From Octopus sinensis (taxonomy: Eukaryota): a stretch of DNA of 64,000 bases. Within the stretch, counting starts at the first letter, position 1. Each line of letters begins with the position of its first letter. The position numbers and the translations under genes were made by a program. This document shows positions 12,993 through 25,384 of this stretch, piece by piece. The notes under the pieces are model-generated. The model saw only the letters and a program-made list of their open reading frames with translations. It was not told the DNA's origin and did not search any database. Location: positions 14,136,001-14,200,000 of the forward strand of contig NC_043008.1 in the NCBI RefSeq assembly GCF_006345805.1. The letters run 5' to 3'.

Positions 12993-13641
12993 GCTTTAGA
13001 AATTGTAAAAAGAGAAAATTGTTATTAAAACCCGTTAGTTCCAGTGACGAGTTAGAATAGCTTACTTAATATTTGTGAAACGCACTGTAACTACAATTTA
13101 AATAATTGAAAAAATATTAGAAATTTTTAACAACTTATTGTTTTCCTGCGTTTGTTTAGCTTTTTGTTGTTGATTTTTTTTTGTTTTGTTTTTTTTTCTG
13201 TGTCCTCTTTCAATTACATTGAGTTATGTATTTGTTTAGAATATGTCTGTCTTCAAATTAGGTTACTTAAGTCTGAAATTATTCTTTTTACTTTCCCCAT
13301 ATAGTTTTAATTTGATGTCTTGAATGCTATCATAAATGTCAAGTAATGAAAATACCAGAAAGCAAAAGAAAAGACGAAAACAAAAAAGAATATACGGAAG
13401 AATATTACAGAATGTATATTTAATTATCTTTAAGTGGATATTTAAAATGATATATTGCAATATCTAAGCACGTACGCGCTTGATAGCTATTAATACTTTC
13501 TGTACAAGTATATTTCTGTGTCTTATACTTATATACATATATAGACACACACACACATATATACATGTATGTATACTTGTATATGTATGGATTTGTATAT
13601 ACATACATATATACATATATGTACATATTTATATATATATG

Positions 13642-13676
<35 letters not shown>

Positions 13677-13685
13677 ATATATATA

Positions 13686-13744
<59 letters not shown>

Positions 13745-13747
<3 letters not shown>

Positions 13748-14029
13748 GAGGGCAGCGGACTCGCGGTCGTAGGATCGCGGTTTCGATTCCCAGACCGGGT
13801 GTTGTGAGTGTTTATTGAGCGAAAACACCTAAAACTCCACAAGGCTCCGGCAGGGGGGTGGCGATCCCTGCTGTACTCTTTCGCTACAACTTTCTCTCAC
13901 TCTTTCTTCTGTTGGCCTACTCGCTTAGCCAGCGGGGTGGCGTCATTTGAACGCTAAAACAATGCGAAGCGCATTGTGACCAGCGATGTGTAACAACATC
14001 TGATAGCCTGGTCGGTCACGGTGATCACG

Positions 14030-14035
<6 letters not shown>
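13745..14035 (+). mobile_element. SINE family C, tail type 1
   Basis: gggcagcggactcgcggtc...GTTTCGATTCC head and shared body, then a unique tail ending ggtcacggtgatcacggtgat. Confidence 0.85.
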
Positions 14036-14062
<27 letters not shown>

Positions 14063-14065
<3 letters not shown>

Positions 14066-14345
14066 CATTACTGTGCGGTAAGAAGCTTGCTTCCTAACGA
14101 CATGGTTTCGAGTTCAGTCCCACTGCGTGGAACCTTGGGTAAGTGTCTTCTATTATAGCTTCCGGTCGACCAAAGTCTTGGGAGGGGGATTGCATGGAAA
14201 CTGAAGGAAGCTTGTAGAATATATATATACATATATGCCTCTGAGATTCTTTCAGTTTCCGTCTACCAAATATACACACAAGGCTTGGTGCTTTATTTGG
14301 CCCGGTGCAAGTGTAGAAGACATTGAATCTAGATATCACGCAGTG
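14063..14345. mobile_element. Two opposed partial SINE family A fragments
   Basis: Head on + (14063-14230) followed by a reverse-complement body fragment (tttccgtctaccaaat...). Confidence 0.7.
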
Positions 14346-14394
14346 TGATTCAAACCGAATATTTGATAAATAAACTATTGTACACAGTAACGGT

Positions 14395-15760
14395 TGTGAC
14401 TATATCTTATAGCTTTTAGTAGTACACTATGCGGAGGTAATTTTTATCTTTTAGGAGTAAATGGTTGACAGCGTTGTTGAAGTTTATACTTTATTGACAG
14501 ACTTTAATTGGGTTCTATATGAATTTATACAGACTTCTGAAAATTGCCTGCTTTGAGAGGTTGAGCTATGTGGATGCTAATTAGCTGTGGCGAACATTGA
14601 CCGGAGTAGTTGTGTAGGAAAGGATGATAGTGTGACGATTGATAGAAAATTATGTTAGGGATATTTATTTGTGTTTGGGATGGGAATATCATTGTTGTTT
14701 AGTCTTTTGTCAGGCGTTGAACTAAAGGTGAAGGCAGATGTTTACGAAAGTCCTTGTAGAGAAACTCGGCTTTTGCTGTTTCAACGTTTTGAAAAGAATG
14801 ATTGTTGATAAATCCCTTGCTCACATACAATAGATCGCATTCACTGTTTTCTATTAAGAAATATCAAATTTGGCATTTTGGAAAGGTCAGGATTGAGGAG
14901 ACTAAGTTACGATAAATATTTATTCAGGTTTCAAATATCTTTATAACATGGCTACCTACATATGTGCAAATAATTTAGAAACACATATGTGTGCATATGC
15001 ATAGATGTTGATATTTATATAACTATATATTGTTATATGTACCTCGTTCTAGGTGAACATGCGTATTAAAAGCGCATCATTACCGGGATGTAGAGAAAAT
15101 TGAAGATCATCTGGTTTAACTCCCCTCCGACATACAACATTTCATACAAGATTTCCCACTAAAAGCTAAATTGTTTTTCAAATACATCGAACATACTTCC
15201 ACTCAAACCACAAGTGCTACAGACAACTTCAAATTATCATATTCTAAGACACACAACTTTGAAAACAACTGTTACAACCACGAAATATTATCAAAAAGTG
15301 AAAAACTAAATCACACAATAGATTGCAATTCCAATTTCAGTACATCTTTATCCTATTCTCTTGCAGGAAACTATTTCTGAAGCTATATTGTCTACAGAGC
15401 AACCCTAAAGACGAACAGTCACCAACGACTATATCTATATATATAGGATCTACTGCAAACTCGTTCAAGACATGATATATCCAACATGGGCACTCTTTTC
15501 GAAACTTAAACAGAGGAATAACTCATCACTCTCCAAATCCATACAGATATTAAAATCAAAGAATACTCCGTTTATCATCAACTGGAAAGTACTCTCACAC
15601 GCACCGCCATACCAAGGTAACAACAAAGTCTCCCAAGTTTGTACTAATGTATCCTACCATATTCTCATATTCAAGTTTACCAAATATTGAATCGAAAATC
15701 TGAACCGAATTCTTGGTGGAAGTATAAAATCATTAAATCATAAAAGCATTTAATCATTTC
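14395..15760. pseudogene. Decayed Penelope-like (Naiad-type) element
   Basis: The + strand 15090-15760 gives KIIWFNSPP, YIVYRATL...YIGSTANSFK, INWKVLSHAPPY...VC with stops and frameshifts. The - strand part 14395-14920 is weakly PLE-like. Confidence 0.65.
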
Positions 15761-16185
15761 AAGCCATTTTTTCTAACGGCTAAACATATGTATATCACAC
15801 CACCCACCCTTCTTCCATTTTCACCATAAACTATCGCCATATATATGCGGAAAATGTTTTAACAGTTTTACAATAAAGAAGCAGTGTAGAAATTATCATG
15901 AATTTCCCCAAAATACATCATCCCAAACCTACATACGCTCAAAAATATAAATTTTTATACACAAAGAATTTGGAAGGCCTTTTCTTTTTTATACTGTCTT
16001 TTTAAAAATAGTTTTCTGTATTATACACAGACACACACACACCTTTAACTACTAGTTAAACACCAGGTTTATCGGTGCGGCGCTGCACCTTCTATATGCA
16101 ATATATATTGCTAGTAGTGTGACCGAATACTTACCATCCTCTAGCGGACACACACATATATATATACACACATATATATATATAG

Positions 16186-16480
16186 TGGAGACGCAATGGC
16201 CCAGTGGGGTCGCGGTCGGTAGATGCGGTTTCGATTCCCAGACCGGGCGTTGTGTGTATTTATTGACCCAAAACACCTCAAAGCTCCACGTCGCACCGGC
16301 AGGTTGGTGATGGCGACCTCTTTTGTACTCTTTCGCCCCAACTTTCTCTCACTCTTTCTTCCTGTTTCTTGGGTAACGCTGCGATGGACTGGCGTCCCAT
16401 CCAGCTGGAGGGAACATATACCCCACAGAAACCGAGAAACTGAGCCCATGAAACTGGCTAGGCTTGAAAAGAGCGAAAAA
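16186..16480 (+). mobile_element. SINE family C, tail type 2
   Basis: Family C head and body plus tail ctgcgatggactggcgtcccatccag...gaaaagagcga. Confidence 0.85.
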
Positions 16481-16867
16481 GAAGAAAATAAATATATATA
16501 TATCTATAAACAGGTAAAGTTAATCGCCACATCAAAGTGGCTCTTCTATTTAACTACTGGTTAAACACCAGGCAGATCTCCCGCCAGCTGTTTATCGGTG
16601 CGGCGCTGCACCCTCTATATACAATATATATTGCTAGTAGTGGGAACGAATACTTACCATCCTCTAGCAGACAACAGTATTGTGAGACTGACCCAGTCTG
16701 GAGCTGGTTGACTCATTTTCAGTCGCAAGTAGATGGTCGCCTGAGCAATAACCACAGTCCAGTCAGCAATATATTATATACAAAGCGACCATCGGTCACT
16801 GATCTGCAACAACCAAAGTAGCTAGTTGTAAAATCTTAAGAAGAGATCATACTAGTAACAATAGTAC

Positions 16868-17165
16868 ATTATTTACATTTGACTGATATTTTTCCTCATC
16901 TTGTTTGTTGTTAACACAACGTTTCGGTTGATATACCTTCCAGCCTTCATCAGGTGTCTTGGAGAAATTTCGAACCTGGGTTGTCATTCCTCAGGTATTT
17001 TTGATGTTGTTGTTGTTATTACTGTTATTATTATTATCATTATTATCATCATCATCATCATCATCATCATTATTATTATTATTATTATTATTCAGGTTAC
17101 TGCCGGAATCGAACTCGGAATCTTGGGGTTAGTATCCCGCGCGCTTAACCACTACGCCAGTAACT
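16868..17165 (-). mobile_element. Composite tRNA-head / (AAT)n / hammerhead-tail element, copy 1
   Basis: Box A TGGCGTAGTGG, box B GTTCGATTC, trinucleotide tract, then tail with HHR and TGTAAATAA repeats. Confidence 0.8.
16913..16958 (-). ncRNA. Type I hammerhead ribozyme, short-helix-III (dimer-type) form
   Basis: gacac-CUGAUGA-a-ggcugg(aaggtata)ucaacc-GAAACGUU-gtgtt. Stem I gacac/gtgtt, stem II 5 of 6 paired, palindromic ACGU; predicted cut between 16918 and 16917. Confidence 0.75.
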
Positions 17166-17649
17166 ATACTACTACCGTTGTCTGCTAGAGGGTGGTAGTG
17201 TTTTCGCTCCCTCTGTTAGCAATACATGGTGTATATACTGGGTGCAACGCCTCACCGATAACCAGCTGCCGGAAGATCTGCCTGGGGTTAAACTAGTAGC
17301 AACATAGAATAGCCACATTGATGTTGTGATTAATTTATATCAGTTGAAAAAAAATTTCAAATGTGGTCTGCTTTTCACGTTTTTTATTATATTTCAAAAA
17401 AAATTTACAATGCCGAAATGTGTAAAATATTAAAAGCATATTTTGTAATGTTCATAAAGTTCAATTAGCGCTTTCATAGTTTCGTAGTAATCATCAGATT
17501 TCAAAATACATTTAATTGACAGTTGAGTTGTTGACAGCTGTAGTAAAATGATTGACTTCTTCATTTTTATATTTCTTAGAAAGCGCTAATAAGCTGAAGT
17601 TTTTGAATACGATTTTGTCCAATCCACATGGATCTCAAACGTCACAGTT

Positions 17650-18495
17650 TGCCGGGCGTACCGAAATTACTGGCATAGATCCCGCCTTTATTTTGAACAC
17701 AGAACGTAGCGGCAGACGAAATACCTATTTCTTTACTACCCACAAGGGGCTAAACACAGAGAGGGCAAACAAGGACAGGCAAACGGATTAAGTTGGTTAT
17801 ATCGGCCCCAGTGCGTAACTAGTACGTATTTAATCGACCCCGAAAGTCAAACTTGGCGGAATTTGAAATCAGAACGTAACGGCAGACGAAATACCTATTT
17901 CTTTATTACCCACAAGGGGCTAAACACAGAGAGGACAAACAAGAACAGACAAACGAATTAAGTCGATTACATCGACCACAGTGCGTAACTGGTACTTATT
18001 TAATAAACCCCAATAGGATGAAAGGCAAAGGCGACTTCGGCGGAATTTGAACTCAGAACGTAACGGCAGAAGAAATACTTATTTCTTTATTACCCACAAT
18101 GGGCTAAACAAAGAGGGGACAAATAATAACAGACATAGGTATTATGTCGATTACATCGACCCCAGTGCGTAATTGGTACTTAATTTATCGACCCCGAAAG
18201 GATGTAAGGCAAAGTCGAACTTGGCGGAATTTGAACACAGAACGCAGCGGCAGACGAAATACCTATTTCTTTACTACCCACAAAGGGCTAAACACAGAGA
18301 GGACAAACAAGGACAGACAAAAGGATTAAGTCGGTTATATCGGCCCCAGTGCGTAACTGGTACTTATTTAATCGACCCCAAAAGGATGAAAGGCAAAGTC
18401 CACCTCGGCGGAATTTGAACTCAGAACGTAACGGCAGACGAAATACCGCTAAGCATTTCACCCGGTGCGGTAACGTTTCTACCAGCTCGCCGCCT
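17650..18495 (-). repeat. Tandem array (about 4.5 units, period 170-184 bp) of SINE family B
   Basis: Junction gaaatacc(t)atttc recurs at 17718, 17888, 18072 and 18256; a single intact head at about 18440-18495. Confidence 0.9.
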
Positions 18496-18609
18496 TGATA
18501 ATATTTTTTTTTAAATGTAAAAGTAAATATGAAATCACTAAGAAGTTAATTAAATTACAAACAGAATGTAACATAGAGGTATTTAACGTATCAGAATGCC
18601 ATATATGGA

Positions 18610-18995
18610 ATGGAAGCACTCCGTCGGTTACGACGACGAGGGTTCAGGTTGATCCGATCAACGGAACAGCCTGCTCGCGAAATTAACGTGTAAGTGGCTG
18701 AGCACTTCACAGACACGTGTACCCTTAACGTAGTTCTCGGGGATATTCAGCGTGACACGGAGAGTGACAAGGCCGGCCCCTTGAAATACAGTTACACCAG
18801 AAACAGGAAGTAAGAGTGAGAGAAAGTTGTGGAGAAAGAGTACAACAAGGATCACCACCATCCCCTGCCGGAGCCTCGTGGAGCTTTAGGTGTTTTCGCT
18901 CAATAAACACTCACAACACCCGGTCTGGGAATCGAAACCGGGATCCTACGACCGCGAATCCGCTGCCCTAACCACTGGGCCATTGCGCCTCCACT
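18610..18995 (-). mobile_element. SINE family C, tail type 3
   Basis: ggaggcgcaatggcccagtggttag head; tail ...cctcgtcgtcgtaaccgacggagtgcttcca; approximate TSD atgccat(a/c)tat. Confidence 0.9.
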
Positions 18996-20050
18996 ATGCC
19001 ATCTATACTGTTGCATTCTCGTTGTCATTTGATAAGGGAAAAATATCCCTACTTCGAGTCGTGTCGTTGAAAGCATTACAAACGCCCTCAGCGTTGTCTT
19101 TCATATCCTCATTGCGTCAGCTAAACTTCATAAAATAAGGCTAAAAATTGAAATTATATCTCCTTCCACGATCGTGTATGAAGATTTAGTACTTTTGTTA
19201 CTTAAGCTCCTTCGTGAAAATATTATGTAGAAAGCCATACAGAGGTTAGAATTTAATCAATATTATCACCCATGATTTAAAACCAGATACTCTAGTATTT
19301 CCAAAATCCTTGTAAGCTTATTGGAAATATCGTGAAAAATGTATTGGATAAAGAAAGAGAATATGAATTAGTTTGTTTTATTTATTTGCATTATTTAGTA
19401 TATCATTTTTATATGATGAGCTTCACATATAAACGTAAGCTTTCAGCAGAAAGTACGTATTGAATTTATATCAAGGAAGCCACAAATAACAATAACAATC
19501 AATATCAATATATGGAATTGTTTGCCAAAGCAACACACAGAAAAGAAATATGTTACATAAAAGGATTTTTTTTTAGCTGCAATGTAATATATACTCTGTA
19601 GAGTGTTTGCCTAAGTCTACTTCTCTATGTCAACCAAATATAATGCCATAAACCTCTGAAGGAGGAAATGATTATGTTGTGGTGAAAGAGATACTATAAG
19701 TGTTTCAGACGTTTCGTTCCCGAAAGAATATATTGAAAGGGATAATGATAAATATTATTGACACAAAGTAATTCCTTTCTGCATCCATTTGTGGATGGTG
19801 TAGTTACTACATTATCTGCGCATAACACAGGCTTTTTTAAACCATCAATTAAATGTTGTCATATTTCATGCAGAGAAACTGAAACTAAACATGTAGGATC
19901 ACATATGTATGCATGCATATAAATATATATATATATATATCAGAGAAGAAAATGGATATAATAAACTCATGGTTTACGCTGGCATGTCTTTAATTAAACA
20001 GGTAACAAAGAAGTAAGAAGCAGAAATCTTTATTTGTATGTGTACATGTA

Positions 20051-20151
<101 letters not shown>

Positions 20152-20922
20152 CATTGAAGAAGTGGAAAGGGTGAAATCCAGGCTACATATGCTTTGAAGA
20201 TAACTAATGATTTGATGTAATTATTACTCAATGAGGAGTTTTCAACCTGGCTAATTCATCAGGCTGAGAATATCTTAACTACATGAAGGTTACAATACAA
20301 TTCCTAATTTACCTTAAGGTAGACACCCATAAATTGTCATTGTTCCTTACACTATCCAATGTTTGTTTTCTATACCTGACACGAACTTCTTGAAGCTTGT
20401 AAATTCTCCACATTTTGATCCCTGGATCTTACCCTTATATATATAGATATCATTATTATTATTATTAGTAGTAGTAGTAGTAGTAGTAGTATTGTTATTA
20501 TTATTATTATTATTACTATTGTTATTAAATACTTATACTATATGTATTTAATGATATTTATTATTCTAGAGCTACCTTTGTTTGTATGTAAATTTTCTGT
20601 TAGGTATGCAATATCCGGGCATGCCAGCTCATGATTCTACAAGCCACGAGCATGTAAGTCGTTAGACTGCCTAACTGACTGGCCTTGAGCCCGGGCATGT
20701 AGGTGGTGTTGATAAGCCACAAAAATGAGGTAAAATGGAGGTCCCTCACTCCCAGATGGGATTGAGGTTTGAGTTAACTGCCCATAACAGTAAGGCATTT
20801 TATCGCCGGTGACATGAGAGTTATATGCCCCACTACGCCATTGCATCCACCGGAAAATACACAAAGCATATACATTAGAATCTGTATTTAATAATATTTG
20901 ACTACAGCTACTTTTTCTTCAT

Positions 20923-21036
<114 letters not shown>

Positions 21037-21572
21037 GGATTTTATTTCTGTATTAAGGGCTAGCATTAGTTTCATGTTAAGAAAATATCTAAACAACCTT
21101 TCAAGCCGATCGGATGGAGGTACATTGTCCGTGTCCATATTAGATTAAAACATACACAAAAATCCGAAATTCACCATAAAGTCTCACTTGAATTTTTGGC
21201 AAAAAACCTAATCAAGTGGATGCCTGTTGGCTAACAAATTTCGGGTGATTATCTCTCTTGAATTTAACTTTTGAAAAAGCAGTTGTGCTGAATGATGAGT
21301 TTTTTTTTTATGGTACATATTAGATATGTGTAATGTTTCTACGTTTGTGGTTAATGGAGTTCATCATGTCCGTTTTGTTTGGAGTTCGTATACTGTGTAT
21401 AGTTAGTGTTCACGGTCAGAGAAATAAAGAGCTTTCCCGGTGAGATCGGCGTAATGGGCAGTGGTTCCTCTTGGAAATGTCCGAGTGTAAAATAAGCAAT
21501 AATTTATACTCTGAGTCATTAGCTGTTGTAAAATACTGTTTATATATATATATATAAATATGTTTGTGTGTG

Positions 21573-21612
<40 letters not shown>

Positions 21613-21674
21613 AGTATGTGTGAGCATGTGTCTTTGAGTGCATGCATGTATATGTGTGTATGTATACATTTATG

Positions 21675-21723
<49 letters not shown>

Positions 21724-21805
21724 CATAATAAATATTAGGGAATAAATCCAAATTTACAGGGAAAAAATCAGATTTAGGATTAAATCCAATTTTATAGTAA
21801 AATAT

Positions 21806-21875
21806 TATAAAATATTATTAGAGACAAAACCACTATTTTGCAAAATAGTAGTTTTGTCTCTAATAATATTTTATA
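21806..21875. repeat. 70-bp spacerless palindrome (35-bp arms, one mismatch)
   Basis: ...gagacaaaaccactattttg|caaaatagtagttttgtctc... Confidence 0.9.
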
Positions 21876-21912
21876 TATATACATATATATATACATATAT
21901 ATATATACATAT

Positions 21913-23045
21913 AAAACTTAGATAAAACTTAGATATGTTTCGACCAGAGATTGGTCCAGGCCATGTCTAACTTAATAGCACCACCTGATAGGATTATTCG
22001 AATCCTGTTTAAGTCAAGTTTTGTTCAAGTAGTGAGTTCTTGTTGGGTGAGTTGTATCCAATTATGGGTGGCTTATCTGGTATTCTTTGAAGGAATCTAT
22101 CCAGACTCTGTTTAAAGTTGATGGGATCCTTTTCCTCTTTGATCTCCCTTGGGACAATGTTAAATAGGGCAGGGCCTGTTGAGGAAAAGAAATTATGTTG
22201 CAGTGTACATGTATGTTGTGATCTTGAATTTGGCAGGGGACGTATAGCCCGTGGTCCAAGTCTTGGATGAACCTTGAAGCTAATGTTTAGGTCGTTCGGG
22301 CAAAGTTGGCGGTATATTTTCCACATCGTACAAATGATGTACCGCTCACGGCGACGCTGGAGGGAGTAAAGTTTCAAGGCTTTAAGGCGATCCCAATAAT
22401 CGAGAGCAGCCATGCCTTCAATTTGTTTAGTGAGAGCCCTCTGGGGTGACTCAATTCTGGAGATGTTTTGTCTTGTGTGAGGAGACCACAATGGGCAGCA
22501 GTATTCAAGGTGTGGCCGTACAAAGGAGGAAAAAACTGGTATGATGACACCTTGTTCTCTGGACCGGAAAGTTCTTAAGATCCAGGAATTCATCCTACGA
22601 GCTATATCGACCTTCTTGTTGATGTGTGCACTCCAACTGAGATCGTCATCAACAATTACACCCAGGTCTCTGATATTGTTAGAGGCTGTGAGCGGTTCCC
22701 CTGAAGGAAGAGAGTATGGTTGTTTTAGTGAGGAATTTCTTCCAAAATGCATCAGCTCAAATTTTCCCTCATTCAGTTGCATTTTGTTCCTGTCTGCCCA
22801 TTGACTCACAGCATATAGATCAGACTGGAGTTGAGTTCGGTCTGCTTCTTCATTGACGATTTGCTGGAGCTTAGTGTCATCAGCGAATATTTTCTCTTTG
22901 CAGTGATGTACGACACTGGGAAGGTCGTTTACGTAAATTATGAAGAGTAGCGGACCCAAAACAGTTCCCTGGGGAACACCGCTGGTGACTTTTGCTGGGT
23001 TTGAGTGGACACCATCAACTACAACATGTTGTGTTCTATTCGCTA
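21913..23045 (-). mobile_element. 5'-truncated LINE (second family), open RT C-terminal half and 3' UTR
   Basis: ORF 22009-23070: SGVPQGTVLGPLLFIIYVNDL, FADD, RPHLEYCCPLWSP, LYSLQRRRER; short 3' hairpin and atctaagtttt repeat tail. Confidence 0.92.
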
Positions 23046-24464
23046 GGAATATACATATATATACATACATACATATCTACATACACATAATTACATACAT
23101 ACAAGTACAGCTGTGTTTACATTTGCCAATTAATATTCCTACTGTTTCGTATAATACACATTGCGTATTGTATAACTCCATGCATTTCTACGTATATATT
23201 ACTTGTCAATCTTACACCTGCTTGAATTTTTTATTATACCTTACTATGAAAGTGTATCAATGATTAGATCAGAAATGTTCCAAGAAGTCGATGAAGATGA
23301 ACAGTTGTGTGTATTTAATAATACAGTGCTATCTTTTGATGTCTACTACATAAGAAGTGAGCTGCAATATATTCGATAATCAAATCTAGTTATAGAATCA
23401 ATTATGTTTGTTGAAGCCGTCATGTCCTTACACTCCCGCCAAATATTCTCAATGATTGATTATCAGTATATATAAATGTAGATCATTTGCTCGAATCCAA
23501 TCAGTGTAATCAGCTGTCAGTATTCAACCAATACTCATTTCTCAGAATACATAAAGCAATTAATATATTCATCTCCAGACAAATGACGGATTACTTTTTT
23601 CGGTTTCAACAAACTCTGTCGCCAGTTAAATCATTTATTTGCAATTCAATTTTACTTGTCTATCAAACTGCATTTTTATTTCCGTTCTTAATTTCCCCTT
23701 TACTTTTGTTTTCAAATCGGTTTTTTTACTGGCTTCCGTTTACGAAAATCTATCCATAGCATTGCTTGATGTCGAAAGCTATAACACAGTACTGGGTTAC
23801 TCGAATGTATTTGGGATTTGTCTTGTCGAGTTTCGTAACCCGACCCTCCTGATATGTTCAACTAAATTCTTTATTGTAACCCAGACATTACCAGCAGACA
23901 TTAAATATACTTTTGACTTGTTGGTGATATTGTTGACGTTGCATTGTATCCCGTAATCAATTATGCCTCATACAAATTACGATGAAAAAGTCATCGGCGA
24001 TACTTACCTAATGTATTCTCAGATACGTCCTTGTAGGACTGTGGTAGTTTCAATACAAACTAAACTCTTGGTGAATGGACTCTTAAATTCATTGGACAAT
24101 CATCAGACGTCATGCGATCGAAACTATTTAGTAGAATGTTGCACAATTTACTACTGTAAATTAGAAGGGATTTTTTTGTTATACACAGCATGAGTAACCG
24201 CTGGCGAAAAGTGAGTTGCATGAGACCAGGCTCATTATTTGATGAATAGCAGAACTAAAAATAGTTCAAGGTAGCTTTTCGTTCAGTGTACCACTGAGAG
24301 TGTTCCGCGGGTCATGGTATGACTACGACTGGTTTATAACTTTTAAAGGAACACATATGTATCTTTCTCGAGACAACATTTACATCTGCCTGTGTCAACA
24401 TTCTGTTAGGATTTGTTTTTAAAGCAAATATAGATAAACAAAAACATAATATAGCCTCACCACA

Positions 24465-24680
24465 GGGGCGGTGAGCTGGTAGAGTAGTTACGCGGTGGAA
24501 AAAAATGCTTAGTGACATCTCTTCTGACTTCACCTTCCTTAGTTAAAATGCCGTATATCTTAACTTTACCTTTCGCCTTTTCGGGGTCAACAAAATAAGT
24601 ACCAATTGTGCGCTGGGTTTGATATAATCGACTTACATCCACTGTTAAAGCCGCTGGCCTTGTGCAAAAATTTGAAACCA
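24465..24680 (+). mobile_element. Decayed SINE family B
   Basis: ggcggtgagctggtagag head; ttcggggtcaacaaaataagtacca core. Confidence 0.7.
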
Positions 24681-25020
24681 ATATTACCTCAACACGCTAC
24701 ATATATTGCTAACGATCCAATGAAGCGTCCGATATGTTGTCTCTCGACTTGCGAAAAGTAGCAGCCTACTGAACTTTCGCGTTGATGCTTATTATCTTAA
24801 AAAAAGAAAAGAAGTACAATAGATAACTGAACCCTAAAACGCAGGATAGACTTGGCCAAAATTTGATTGAACATTGTTCTGTTTAATCTAGAGGTGCCAG
24901 AAATTAGCAACTAGCTAACAGCGTACAGGAATTCCATTATCATATAAACTTGGCTATTCCATCCTTCGTAGTGCTGGGTATTACACCTCATTACACACAC
25001 TAGCGCGCGCGCGCGCTCAC

Positions 25021-25060
<40 letters not shown>

Positions 25061-25384
25061 GGATATCGGGCATTCATCTTTGTGTCCCAGGCTCGTCATT
25101 GTGTGCTGCGAGAGATATGTGGCTGACAATACGTGGTATTCCCTGTTTTACAAGAAAGGACCATCATCTGATCAGAAAGGAAGGATACATTTGCTGGGGA
25201 AACAGTATGCTCACGATGATAAAGTTGATGACGATGTCAGATGATGATAGCGTTGGTGCTTGTTATACTGGTTGTGAGGAGATGATAATGAGGATGATAT
25301 ATATAATGATAACGATGACGACGACGACGATAATGATGATGACGATGATGACGAAGACAATAATGATTTGTTGCGAAGTATGTA

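Larger units (their letters stand above)
16521..17332. mobile_element. Non-autonomous DNA transposon with about 160-bp imperfect TIRs, TTAA at both ends
   Basis: taatcgccacatcaaagtggctcttcta... at 16521 mirrors ...tagaatagccacattgatgttgtgatta at 17332. A partial direct copy of the left arm lies at about 16043-16150. Confidence 0.75.

Noticed and set aside
16960-17000. Second hammerhead-like motif in the composite tail (CTGAGGA...GAAATTTC, -)
   Set aside because: No stem I pairing, helix III cannot form, and copy 2 reads CTTAGGA; at most a relic.
17090-17165. tRNA gene calls for SINE heads (also 25472-25540, 18930-18995, 36511-36580)
   Set aside because: Boxes A and B are present, but acceptor stems are missing and each continues into a SINE body.
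17470-17500. CTGATGA-ttactac-GAAACTAT on the - strand
   Set aside because: No stem II, no NUH triplet in register, no stem I.
17640-18500. CRISPR-like regular repeats
   Set aside because: Units are wholly repeated SINE bodies with no unique spacers, in a eukaryotic context with no cas genes.
20637-20870. GC-richer island, possible RTE 5' UTR with HDV-like ribozyme
   Set aside because: Could not build the nested double pseudoknot by eye; left unclassified.
21925-21970. Hairpin plus GAAACATAT at the 3' end of the second LINE
   Set aside because: Lacks CUGANGA; better explained as an ordinary LINE 3' stem-loop.
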